From the NCBI GenBank assembly GCA_020854815.1, contig JAHKLW010000005.1, forward strand, positions 7,422 through 71,421: DNA of 64,000 nucleotides, in the 5' to 3' direction. The notes beneath the pieces were generated by a model. That model had not been told where the DNA came from. It made no database searches and saw nothing but the letters and a program-made list of their open reading frames with translations. Numbering within the stretch: the stretch's first letter is position 1; every line of letters begins with the position of its first letter. The position numbers and the translations under genes are program-made. The DNA is from Methanofastidiosum sp. Lineage in GTDB: Archaea; Methanobacteriota_B; Thermococci; Methanofastidiosales; Methanofastidiosaceae. Positions 1 to 8,183 of this stretch are shown piece by piece.

Positions 1-611
1 TTACTGACTTAGTAATAAGTCTCTATCACTTTGCCATAGGCATGTTTTTTGGTATTGTGCTTGGCATACCCCTTGGAATGCTAATGGGGTGGTTCAAAAA
101 AGTTGACAATTTTATGGATCCTCTAATCGAATTAGTAAGGCCAATACCCCCTCTTGCGTGGATACCTTTTGCAATAGTCTGGTTTGGGCTTACACATCAG
201 TCTGCAGGATTTATTGTATTTGTTGGAACTTTTTTCCCAATACTGACAAATACATATTCTGGATTTAGCAGCGTGCCAAAAACTCTTGTTGAAGCTGCCA
301 TGGTTTTGGGATGTACAAAAAACAAGGATTTATTGAAATCCGTTGGTCTGCCTTCATCGTTTCCAGATATCGCAGTAGGTCTTAGAGTTGCTATGGGAAT
401 AGGTTGGATGTGTCTTGTTGCAGCTGAACTTTTTGGAGTCAGCAAAGAAGGCCTTGGGTATAAGATCTGGTGGTATTACTATCTTCACAGAATGGACAAT
501 GTGCTTTCGTATATGATAGCTTTGGGATTAATTGGGCTTGGAATTAACTGGGCATTTAGATATATAGTGGAGAAGAAGCTTCTCAAGTGGATGGAAGGGA
601 CTGTATATTAA
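1..611 (+). CDS. ABC transporter permease, NitT/TauT (TauC/SsuC-like) family; N-terminus lies outside the window
   Basis: The frame is open from nt 3 to the stop at 609-611, with no stop upstream of the tracked Met at 42. The profile is multi-TM hydrophobic. The EAA-loop-like segment LVEAAMVLGCTKNKDLLKSVGLP is typical of binding-protein-dependent permeases. Confidence 0.8.
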   Translation, partial: TDLVISLYHFAIGMFFGIVLGIPLGMLMGWFKKVDNFMDPLIELVRPIPPLAWIPFAIVWFGLTHQSAGFIVFVGTFFPILTNTYSGFSSVPKTLVEAAMVLGCTKNKDLLKSVGLPSSFPDIAVGLRVAMGIGWMCLVAAELFGVSKEGLGYKIWWYYYLHRMDNVLSYMIALGLIGLGINWAFRYIVEKKLLKWMEGTVY

Positions 612-1380
612 TTTCTTCCATTAATTCATCCAAAATCTCTTTCCTAAGCATTACGAATTCTATATTAGTTCTTTTTCTTCTTCTGGAAAGTGGGACCTTA
701 AATTCTTTTTTAATCTTTGCAGGCCTTTTGGTCAAAACTAGTACTCTGTCTCCAAGATAAACAGCTTCGTCAACATTATGTGTAATAAAGATAATTGTCT
801 TTTTTGTTTCTGTCCATATTCTTAATAATTCATCTTGAAGGATATTTCTTGTTTGCGCATCTAATGCCCCAAATGGTTCGTCCATCAACAAAACATCAGG
901 GTCGTTTACTAGAGCTCTTGCTATCGCAACTCTTTGCTTCATTCCTCCTGATAGCTGATGGGGATAGCTATTCTCATATCCACTTAATCCAACCATTGAA
1001 ATGAATTTTTTTGATAATTTTTCTCTCTCTTCAGGAGGCAGACCCTTATACTCTAGTCCAAATTCAACATTTTTCTGAACAGTCCTCCAAGGAAACAATG
1101 CAAATTCCTGAAAGACCATTCCTTTCTTTGAAGATGTAGATTCAACTTTTTTCCCATCTAGTAATACTTCACCTTTATCTGCATACTGCAGACCGGCTAT
1201 AATCCTTAAAATAGTAGTTTTGCCACATCCTGAAGACCCAACTATGCAAAGAAACTCTCCGTCATTAACTTTAAAGCTAATGTTGTCAACTACAGGCAGA
1301 GGTTTTCCATCTTCAGACTTAGAAAAGCTCTTTGAAATATTATTTACCTCAACCTTAACCTTTTCCATAATCATTTTCAT
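583..1380 (-). CDS. ABC transporter ATP-binding protein, NitT/TauT (TauB/SsuB-like) family
   Basis: Walker A GSSGCGKTT, ABC signature LSGGMKQR and Walker B LLMDEPFGALD are present. The VFQEFALFPWRTV block is characteristic of nitrate/sulfonate/taurine-type ATPases. Confidence 0.9.
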   Translation of the reverse strand: MKMIMEKVKVEVNNISKSFSKSEDGKPLPVVDNISFKVNDGEFLCIVGSSGCGKTTILRIIAGLQYADKGEVLLDGKKVESTSSKKGMVFQEFALFPWRTVQKNVEFGLEYKGLPPEEREKLSKKFISMVGLSGYENSYPHQLSGGMKQRVAIARALVNDPDVLLMDEPFGALDAQTRNILQDELLRIWTETKKTIIFITHNVDEAVYLGDRVLVLTKRPAKIKKEFKVPLSRRRKRTNIEFVMLRKEILDELMEEINIQSLPST

Positions 1381-1442
1381 ATAATACTACTTTTAAATTT
1401 TCCCATGATTTAATTTATAAATAAAAATACATCCAGATATCT

Positions 1443-1916
1443 ATGAAAATAGTTGGGGTTTATGGTTTTAAGAAGTCTGGAAAAACAACAGTTGTAACTT
1501 CAATTATCAATGCCCTAGTAAAAAAAGGTTACTCCGTTTCCTCAGCAAAAAGCATCCATATAGAGGATTTCTCTCTAGAAAGGGAAGGAACAGACACATT
1601 CAAACATCATGCTTCCGGTGCAGATAGGGTCGGCTTAGTTTATCCAAAAGGCAAGGCAATACTATATTATGATCAAGATGATGAAGAAATTCTAAATAAT
1701 TTTGAATCAGACTACCTTATTCTTGAAGGGTTTAGGGAGTATAAATGCCCAAAAATCCTCTGTGCTAGAGATGAAGAAGACATTATTAATGATTTAAGGG
1801 ATGAAGTTTTTTGTATATCTGGCATAATCTCAAATGAGATATCCGAATACAAGGGGATGCCAGTAATTAACTATGAACAAGTTGAAAAAATAATAGAAAT
1901 AATTGAGAATCTATAA
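1443..1916 (+). CDS. mobB: MobB-like P-loop protein (molybdopterin-guanine dinucleotide biosynthesis adapter family)
   Basis: The N-terminus MKIVGVYGFKKSGKTT is the typical MobB P-loop. Size is about 157 aa. Confidence 0.65.
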   Translation: MKIVGVYGFKKSGKTTVVTSIINALVKKGYSVSSAKSIHIEDFSLEREGTDTFKHHASGADRVGLVYPKGKAILYYDQDDEEILNNFESDYLILEGFREYKCPKILCARDEEDIINDLRDEVFCISGIISNEISEYKGMPVINYEQVEKIIEIIENL

Positions 1917-2231
1917 CTTCTCAATGCATTTTTCAAGAGTCTCTTTTGTTTTAAGGTATTCGGATAGAATCTTTTCTCCAAAAGGTGTTAACTCTGAATG
2001 CCCGCCACCTTTTCCCCCTCTTGTTTTAGAGATAATTTCCTGGCCAGAGCTTCTTTCAATTGCTCTTATTTTTCTCCAAGCATGTGCATATGAAATATTG
2101 TAATAGTTTGCAGCTTCTGAGATAGATTTTAACTCTTTTATTTTAAGCAAAAGATCTGCAGTGCCTTTTCCCAAAATATATCTCTTTTCCTTGTCTTCAA
2201 GCCACATTTTAAATTTAGGTATATGTTCCAT
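1911..2231 (-). CDS. ModE N-terminal-domain-like winged-helix transcriptional regulator
   Basis: The segment SISEAANYYNISYAHAWRKIRAIE...GGKGGGHSELTPFGEKIL matches the ModE/LysR-type N-terminal HTH pattern. I prefer the ATG at 2231 (MEHIPKF) over the tracked TTG at 2243. Confidence 0.6.
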   Translation of the reverse strand: MEHIPKFKMWLEDKEKRYILGKGTADLLLKIKELKSISEAANYYNISYAHAWRKIRAIERSSGQEIISKTRGGKGGGHSELTPFGEKILSEYLKTKETLEKCIEKL

Positions 2232-2239
2232 AGTATCAA

Positions 2240-2377
2240 TCAAAAAAATATCACATAGGCTATAATCATAAATGCTATTAGTATTATTGCAAGAATTATG
2301 CTGTCCCTTTGGCTTAGTTTTGCTTTTGGCACTCCATCAATGTCCCTATTTATTTCTTCTTCCATAATAATTACCAT
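2240..2377 (-). CDS. Possible 45-aa single-pass membrane peptide (below ORF-track cutoff)
   Basis: Hand translation gives MVIIMEEEINRDIDGVPKAKLSQRDSIILAIILIAFMIIAYVIFF*. It has an ATG start and one hydrophobic helix, and ends just upstream of the ModE-like gene. There is no homology support. Confidence 0.2.
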   Translation of the reverse strand: MVIIMEEEINRDIDGVPKAKLSQRDSIILAIILIAFMIIAYVIFF

Positions 2378-2426
2378 TTTTATTTGAAATTAAAAGTATA
2401 TAACTTAAATGGTTTAGTTAATTGGA

Positions 2427-3098
2427 TTAGTATTTGTTATAAATAGATTTTACAATGTATAAAAATGGTGTATCGACAACAGCGATTATCCATTTTACTA
2501 TGTACTGACCTATAATTAATGAAATTAGAATGTTTGTGGGAGCTGTACCATAAAATGCTATTGTGATAAATATCACTGTGTCTACGAGCTGACTTATCAT
2601 AGTTCCCGCATTATTCCTAAGCCAGAGGTACTTTGGATATTTATTTTTGAAGAAAATGAAGATTTTTACATCAAGATTTTGAGAAACTATATATGCAATC
2701 ATTGACCCAAGAACGATTCTTGGTACTATCCCAAATATTGACTCAAATGCGGCCTGCCCCTGCCAAAACGGTGCTGGTTGCCATTGCACTGCTACCCAGA
2801 TTGAAAGAACTAAAACGATGTTTGAGATAAATCCTATCAAGACTGCTTTGATCGCCTCTTTTTCAGAATAAAGTTCAGAAAGAAAGTCAGTCAGTAAAAA
2901 TGTCGTAGAGTAAACTAAGACTGCAGCAGGGACTGTAAATGGCCCAAAAACGACTATTTTGGACGCAATTATATTAGCGACAACTGTAAAGCTTGCAAAC
3001 ATTCCGATAATGTATTCTACGCCATATCTCTTTGCAATAACTGCCGAGAAAGATCCAATCACAAGTGTCAAAAGCATCCAGACTATAATTTCAATCAT
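2427..3098 (-). CDS. VUT/YhhQ family transporter (queuosine/archaeosine precursor transporter-like)
   Basis: The protein is polytopic and 223 aa. The block FTVPAAVLVYSTTFLLTDFLSELY resembles the conserved YhhQ/DUF165 signature. Confidence 0.7.
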   Translation of the reverse strand: MIEIIVWMLLTLVIGSFSAVIAKRYGVEYIIGMFASFTVVANIIASKIVVFGPFTVPAAVLVYSTTFLLTDFLSELYSEKEAIKAVLIGFISNIVLVLSIWVAVQWQPAPFWQGQAAFESIFGIVPRIVLGSMIAYIVSQNLDVKIFIFFKNKYPKYLWLRNNAGTMISQLVDTVIFITIAFYGTAPTNILISLIIGQYIVKWIIAVVDTPFLYIVKSIYNKY

Positions 3099-3132
3099 AA
3101 GCGAGCCTTCTATTTTTTTTATATTAGTTGAT

Positions 3133-3747
3133 TTAAAGATTTTTCACGTTGTCAGTTTTATTTAAAAATCCATAAGGAATCAAGAAAGGTACTCTCGTTG
3201 TATAATCTAGGTATCGCTCCCCGAATAAAGCTATCATCGCCTTTTCTTCTTCTTTAGACATGTAAATAACAAAGATTGTGATTAACAGGGCAAATTCAAA
3301 ATATAATAAGTAAGGGCTTGCAATGATGAATCCCCACACAGCCAATAGCCATGAAAAATACAGAGGGTGTCTACAAATAGAGTATGCCCCATCATAGAAG
3401 AATACCTTTGGAGTATCCAATATACCAAAATATTGAGGTAGTCTATCAGCTTTTGATATTTGAAGTGTTACATAAAAAGATAACCACATAGCTATCAGAG
3501 GCGGGACTATTCCGATAAGACCTTTTATGGGGGTAAACAGTTCAGGTGTTATTTTTCTGTATAAAAATACAAGATACAAAGTAAGGCCCAAAAATAGGAG
3601 TGAGACGGGTATTCTTATCAAGGTGTATGAGGAAAGACTTAAATTAAATTTTGAGGTTAATGCTTTCTTAAAAAAGTCTTTTGCAGTGGCAGAATGCCAT
3701 ATGCTAAAAATCATGAAAACAAATAAAACTAGTACATATTCAATCAT
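3133..3747 (-). CDS. ICMT/PEMT-like membrane methyltransferase family protein
   Basis: The RHPLYFSWLL motif and the C-terminal EEEKAMIALFGERYLDYTTRVP are typical of isoprenylcysteine carboxyl / phospholipid methyltransferase-like proteins. It has multiple TM helices. Confidence 0.7.
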   Translation of the reverse strand: MIEYVLVLFVFMIFSIWHSATAKDFFKKALTSKFNLSLSSYTLIRIPVSLLFLGLTLYLVFLYRKITPELFTPIKGLIGIVPPLIAMWLSFYVTLQISKADRLPQYFGILDTPKVFFYDGAYSICRHPLYFSWLLAVWGFIIASPYLLYFEFALLITIFVIYMSKEEEKAMIALFGERYLDYTTRVPFLIPYGFLNKTDNVKNL

Positions 3748-3827
3748 AAAATCACATTTAAAGTTAATTCAATTAAATTAAAAAGGTTTGCTTAGAAAAT
3801 TAAAGAAAAAAATTAAAAATTAATATT

Positions 3828-5474
3828 TTATTTTGGTATTGCGCCAAAGAACTTGGTGTACCATGCTTCATACAAGAAGTAGTATAGTATCAAGGATACA
3901 AATAGTCCTATGAACCATGTCCACATTCCAGCTGCAGGTATTAAAAGAGGTAATCCCATGGAAACTACTATTCCAACGAACATTGAAACAGCACCGACCA
4001 TGTTAACTCCATGAATCTTTGCGTACCCAAGGTACATCGAACCTAAGACACCAAGTAATAAGACTGCTGTTGTAATCCACGAGGGCCATCCTGTTCCGAG
4101 GATTAATCCCTTAGTTGAGAAGTATATGATCAAAGCTGCACAGATTGCTAAGATTACAGTCATTATTGGATTTGCAGTCTTCTTGAAATCGTAGTATCCG
4201 TCTTTCTTGTATATGTCGTCTAGCTTAATTGTTTGCTTTCTCACAAGCCAGAAATCAGCCACTACTACACCTGCTACTGGTCCAAGGAATGCTCCGTATC
4301 CTAATAACCATGTCCAAATGTATGCATTTGGATCTGCCAAGAATCTCCAAGGCTGCATTAGTATACCTACCAAGCTTATGATAATAGTTGTAACTTCCCA
4401 GTTTAGTTTCTTTGGATATACGTGCATTACGTCGTTAATTGGAGCGACCATGTTTGCTGCAATATTTGTTGTAAGTGTTGCTAATATGACGAATATCAAT
4501 CCAACGTAGATGAAAAATACGCTTCCAGTTTTAATCATCAAGGCTACAGGATCCCAGATTGCGGTGCCGTATATAACGACGGTTGCTGATGTAACTGCTA
4601 CTCCGATAAATGAGTATAAGGTCATTGTTGTTGGCATTCCAACTGATTGACCGATATACTGAACCTTCTGATTCTTAGCGAACCTTGTCAAGTCCGATAT
4701 GTTAATAGCCAAAGTTGCCCAGTATGCCACCATTGCTGTTAAGAATGCTGGCCATATTGCAAAGGATGCTGTTGTTGGCTGGCTTAAAATCGGCCCCCAA
4801 CCACCTGCGTTCGAATACCCCCACCAGAGTAAACCTAGTCCGATGAGTAGTAATACAGGTGCTGCAAGATCGTTTAACCATTTTACACCTGGTGCAGATT
4901 TACCGGGCGAAGAGTAGTAACAAATTGCAACTGTCATTATCCATGAGATCATAAAGGATATGACTGTGTGCGTATTTAGCCCGAAAAAGGGAACAGTTCC
5001 TGCCATTCCACCGTATCCTAGAGGGCTCAATTCGACTAATATACCATCAATTGCAAATGCCATAATCATTGTCTGGATTCCAAACCATCCTATAGCAACG
5101 ATAGCCCTTAGCAAAGCTGGAATATTGGCTCCATAAATACCAAATGCACTTCTCAAGAAAACAGGAAACGGTATGCCGTACTTTGCTCCGGCGAAGGAGT
5201 TAAGAACCATTGGAATCAATACTATAATTTGACCTAGAGCGATAGTACCAACTACGACTGCCCAGTTGAATCCAGCGTCAACCATACTTGCACCTAGCAT
5301 CCATGTTGGAACACATACTGACATTCCTACCCATATAGCAATGTACTCGTAGTATCCCCACGTTCTTTTTGCAAAGGGAACTGGTGCTAAGTCTTTGTTG
5401 TAAAACTGAGAATCAGGCATTGCTTCAGTAAGTTCGAATCTACCGTCCATTTCTCTAACAATAGACTTTGCCAT
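3828..5474 (-). CDS. NCS1 family nucleobase/allantoin/hydantoin:cation symporter
   Basis: The protein is polytopic and 548 aa. The N-terminal NKDLAPVPFAKRTWGYYEYIAIWVGMSV is typical of NCS1 permeases. A strong SD lies upstream (GGAGGTAAAAAGATG, the reverse complement of 5472-5486). Confidence 0.85.
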   Translation of the reverse strand: MAKSIVREMDGRFELTEAMPDSQFYNKDLAPVPFAKRTWGYYEYIAIWVGMSVCVPTWMLGASMVDAGFNWAVVVGTIALGQIIVLIPMVLNSFAGAKYGIPFPVFLRSAFGIYGANIPALLRAIVAIGWFGIQTMIMAFAIDGILVELSPLGYGGMAGTVPFFGLNTHTVISFMISWIMTVAICYYSSPGKSAPGVKWLNDLAAPVLLLIGLGLLWWGYSNAGGWGPILSQPTTASFAIWPAFLTAMVAYWATLAINISDLTRFAKNQKVQYIGQSVGMPTTMTLYSFIGVAVTSATVVIYGTAIWDPVALMIKTGSVFFIYVGLIFVILATLTTNIAANMVAPINDVMHVYPKKLNWEVTTIIISLVGILMQPWRFLADPNAYIWTWLLGYGAFLGPVAGVVVADFWLVRKQTIKLDDIYKKDGYYDFKKTANPIMTVILAICAALIIYFSTKGLILGTGWPSWITTAVLLLGVLGSMYLGYAKIHGVNMVGAVSMFVGIVVSMGLPLLIPAAGMWTWFIGLFVSLILYYFLYEAWYTKFFGAIPK

Positions 5475-5727
5475 CTTTTTACCTCCATTTTTTTGCCGAA
5501 CTTATTGTCGACGTATTATTAAGTATTCCGATATTTAAAAATGTTTTGGTAGATTATTAGTTTAAATGAAATATAATTGGATAAGTGTGTAATAAAATAG
5601 CCAATAATCGAAAAACCTTTCAAATTATGTTGAAAATGTAATTTCAATGAAATATATCAGGATAAGATTACTTAGACTATTGTTGAAATCTAGAAAAATT
5701 TATAAAACTAGGAATATACAATAAATT

Positions 5728-5967
5728 GTGGCATCGACAATATTAATTAATTTGATTTTTACTGTAATAATATCTGTAATGGCTTACTTAAAATATCTAA
5801 GAGCAAAGAAAGACATTTACAAATACTTTGCAATAGGTTTTGCACTTTTTTCAATTCCTTCTCTCATGAGTGTATTTAGAATTTTGTTTTATGGAAGGAG
5901 TGAAATAGATCTGATAATCAACATCATAGGATACATTGCAATTATCTATGGATTAATGAATAGATAA
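5728..5967 (+). CDS. Hypothetical small membrane protein (79 aa, GTG start)
   Basis: There are two to three hydrophobic helices and no recognisable family. The start is non-ATG. Confidence 0.3.
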   Translation: MASTILINLIFTVIISVMAYLKYLRAKKDIYKYFAIGFALFSIPSLMSVFRILFYGRSEIDLIINIIGYIAIIYGLMNR

Positions 5968-5986
5968 AAAATTTTTAGAAAAAATT

Positions 5987-6064
5987 TGGTAGCGGGGAGT
6001 GGATTTGAACCACTGGCCTGCGGGTTATGAGCCCGCCGGGCACTCCTAGCTGCCCTACCCCGCT
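5987..6064 (-). tRNA. tRNA-Met (CAT), archaeal initiator type, with genomically encoded CCA
   Basis: The reverse complement reads AGCGGGGTAGGGCAGCTAGGAGTGCCCGGCGGGCTCATAACCCGCAGGCCAGTGGTTCAAATCCACTCCCCGCTACCA. It has an A1:U72 pair, three consecutive G:C pairs at the bottom of the anticodon stem, the loop CTCATAA, and the T-arm AGTGG/TTCAAAT/CCACT. Confidence 0.92.
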
Positions 6065-6078
6065 AGAATAAACATAAG

Positions 6079-6151
6079 CGGACCCGGAGGGATTCGAACC
6101 CTCGATCTACGGCTTAGAAGGCCGTCGCCTTATCCGCTGGGCTACGGGTCC
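6079..6151 (-). tRNA. tRNA-Arg (TCT)
   Basis: The reverse complement reads GGACCCGTAGCCCAGCGGATAAGGCGACGGCCTTCTAAGCCGTAGATCGAGGGTTCGAATCCCTCCGGGTCCG. The acceptor is GGACCCG/CGGGTCC, the anticodon stem is ACGGC/GCCGT, and the loop is CTTCTAA. CCA is not encoded. Confidence 0.9.
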
Positions 6152-6187
6152 CGGTGCCTTAGATTATAGTGTAATCTTTGTTGGCTA

Positions 6188-6195
6188 CTTATAAA
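6188..6195 (-). promoter_or_regulatory. Candidate TATA box for the tRNA-Arg/tRNA-iMet transcription unit
   Basis: TTTATAAG on the minus strand lies about 37 nt upstream of the tRNA-Arg 5-prime end, in an otherwise AT-rich spacer. Placement is by eye only. Confidence 0.3.
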
Positions 6196-6348
6196 TGTTT
6201 CTCTCAAAAATAAAGTTTAAAATTAATGAAGATTAAAGATAATACTCATTTTTTTATCATTTATAGAAATTTTAACAGAATAATATTGAATATTATAAAA
6301 ATAAATTTATAAGAAAGGCATATAAATTTCAAGGTTAAAAAGATAGAT

Positions 6349-7212
6349 ATGTATCGGCCTGCTTATGTTGCCGGGAGTTTTTATCCGGCAGATAAATCAT
6401 CTCTTCAAAAAATGATTGAAAAGTTTATGGATGCGGCAAAGACAAATATTGATTTTATTGACGAAGGAAGATTTGCAGGCGTGCTCTGCCCTCATGCAGG
6501 ATACGTTTTTTCCGGCAAAACTCAGGCATATTCATATTATTATTTATCGAATTCACCACCCGAAACTTTTGTAATTCTTGGGCCAAATCACACTGGTTTG
6601 GGCCTCCCTGTTGCACTGATGGACAAAGGCTCGTGGGAAACACCTTTTGGAGAAATAAAGATCAATGAAGAGCTTGCATCAAAAATAGTTGAAAACTCTG
6701 GATCTATAGGCATTGATTCAGCTGCCCATAAATACGAGCATTCCATAGAAGTTCAGTTACCATTTTTACAGTACATAAAAAAGGATGCAACTTTTGTCCC
6801 AATATGTATGGGGATCCAAGACAGAGAAACAGCAATTGGAATAGGAAAGGCAATAGCAAAATCAAGTAAAGAACCTTTAGGTGTAATTGCTTCAAGTGAT
6901 CTCGTGCATTATGGTAGTCGTTTCGGATATAATCCTGTTAGAGGTAACAAAGAAGAAACTCTTTCATGGATAAAGAGCAACGATATGGAAATACTAAAAA
7001 TGGCTGAGCATTTTGATATTGAAGGATTATATAATTTCATAGATAGCAAAGACTATACTACATGTGGCTATGGTCCACTTTCAGCAATGCTTTCATGTAT
7101 GAGAGAATTAGGTGGAAGAAAAGCAAGAATTTTAGATTATTCAAATTCATATGAAACTTCAGGGGATTACAGCACAGTTGTAGGCTACGGTTCGGTGGGG
7201 GTCAAATGTTAG
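6349..7212 (+). CDS. MEMO1 family protein (AmmeMemoRadiSam system protein B)
   Basis: The N-terminus PAYVAGSFYP and the block CPHAGYVFSG are hallmark MEMO1/AmmeMemoRadiSam-B signatures. Size is 287 aa. Confidence 0.85.
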   Translation: MYRPAYVAGSFYPADKSSLQKMIEKFMDAAKTNIDFIDEGRFAGVLCPHAGYVFSGKTQAYSYYYLSNSPPETFVILGPNHTGLGLPVALMDKGSWETPFGEIKINEELASKIVENSGSIGIDSAAHKYEHSIEVQLPFLQYIKKDATFVPICMGIQDRETAIGIGKAIAKSSKEPLGVIASSDLVHYGSRFGYNPVRGNKEETLSWIKSNDMEILKMAEHFDIEGLYNFIDSKDYTTCGYGPLSAMLSCMRELGGRKARILDYSNSYETSGDYSTVVGYGSVGVKC

Positions 7213-8183
7213 TATCTGCACCAGGAAAAATAATCCTATTTGGAGAGCATTCAGTTGTTTATGGAAAAGGAGCAATAGCTTCAGCAATTGATTTACGTAC
7301 ATATACTGATGGGAAACTCCTAAATGAAAAAATAATCAAGATCCACGCAAATGACCTTAAAATACCGGGCCTTAGCATATCATTTTCTGAGGAAGAGGTC
7401 TTTTTAGGAACAGATTACGGCAAGGCTGGCTTTGTCGTGTCATATGTAAAATCTGCAATTGAAAGGATATTCACTGAATACGGTTCAAGAAAGGGTTTTG
7501 AGATTTCAATAAGATCTGATATCCCCGTTGGTGCAGGGCTTGGATCTTCTGCGGCAGTTGTTGTCCCAACTTTAAAGCTTCTTTCAGAGCTTCTTGAAAT
7601 GAAGCTTTCAAATGAGAAGATAGCAAGGATGGGAAAAGAAGTTGAAATTGAAGTCCAGGGTAGTTCAAGCGGAATTGATCCTGCAGTTTCAGCACTTGGT
7701 GGCGGACTTTATTTTAAGAAAGGAAAAATCGAGAGATTTTCTGCCCCAAATCTTCCACTGATAGTTGGATACACTGGAGAGAAGGGAAGCACTAAGATTC
7801 TTCTTGAAAAAGTAAAGACAATGAAGGAAGACTACCCAGATATAGTTGACAATATCATGGATGCTATGGGAGAGATAGCAAATAGAGGGAAAAAAATATT
7901 GAGCGAAAATGGGGACCTAAAAGAACTGGGTGCTTTGATGAACATCAATAACGGTCTTCTCGAAGCAATTGGCGTTTCGACAAAAGAGCTATCTGAGCTT
8001 GTTTTCGCATCAAGGATTTCTGGTGCTCTCGGTGCAAAGATAACTGGTGCCGGTGGTGGAGGATGCATGTACGCTTTAGCACCGAATAAACAGAGGGAAG
8101 TTGAAACTGCGATAAAGATTTCTGGTGGTATACCCATTAAAACTAAAACAACGGATGAAGGAGTAAGAATAGAGCATGGGTGA
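7206..8183 (+). CDS. mvk: Mevalonate kinase
   Basis: GHMP kinase motifs are present: APGKIILFGEHSVVYG, PVGAGLGSSAA and KITGAGGGGCM. It overlaps the upstream gene by 7 nt. Confidence 0.9.
   Translation: MLVSAPGKIILFGEHSVVYGKGAIASAIDLRTYTDGKLLNEKIIKIHANDLKIPGLSISFSEEEVFLGTDYGKAGFVVSYVKSAIERIFTEYGSRKGFEISIRSDIPVGAGLGSSAAVVVPTLKLLSELLEMKLSNEKIARMGKEVEIEVQGSSSGIDPAVSALGGGLYFKKGKIERFSAPNLPLIVGYTGEKGSTKILLEKVKTMKEDYPDIVDNIMDAMGEIANRGKKILSENGDLKELGALMNINNGLLEAIGVSTKELSELVFASRISGALGAKITGAGGGGCMYALAPNKQREVETAIKISGGIPIKTKTTDEGVRIEHG

Noticed and set aside
3828-5474. Locally elevated G+C (in the NCS1 gene, the pilin gene and the Cys-repeat gene) as evidence of horizontally acquired islands.
   Set aside because: The enrichment is explained by amino-acid composition (Gly/Ala/Val-rich membrane or signal segments, Cys/Gly/Trp-rich repeats). 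No flanking mobility genes or att-like repeats were seen.
5475-5727. A possible TPP or other riboswitch in the 250-nt leader region of the NCS1 transporter.
   Set aside because: No THI-box elements (CUGAGA ... ACCUGAUCUGGAUAAUGCCAGCG) are visible on the minus strand, and no GC-rich helices. The region looks like plain AT-rich promoter DNA with a strong SD.
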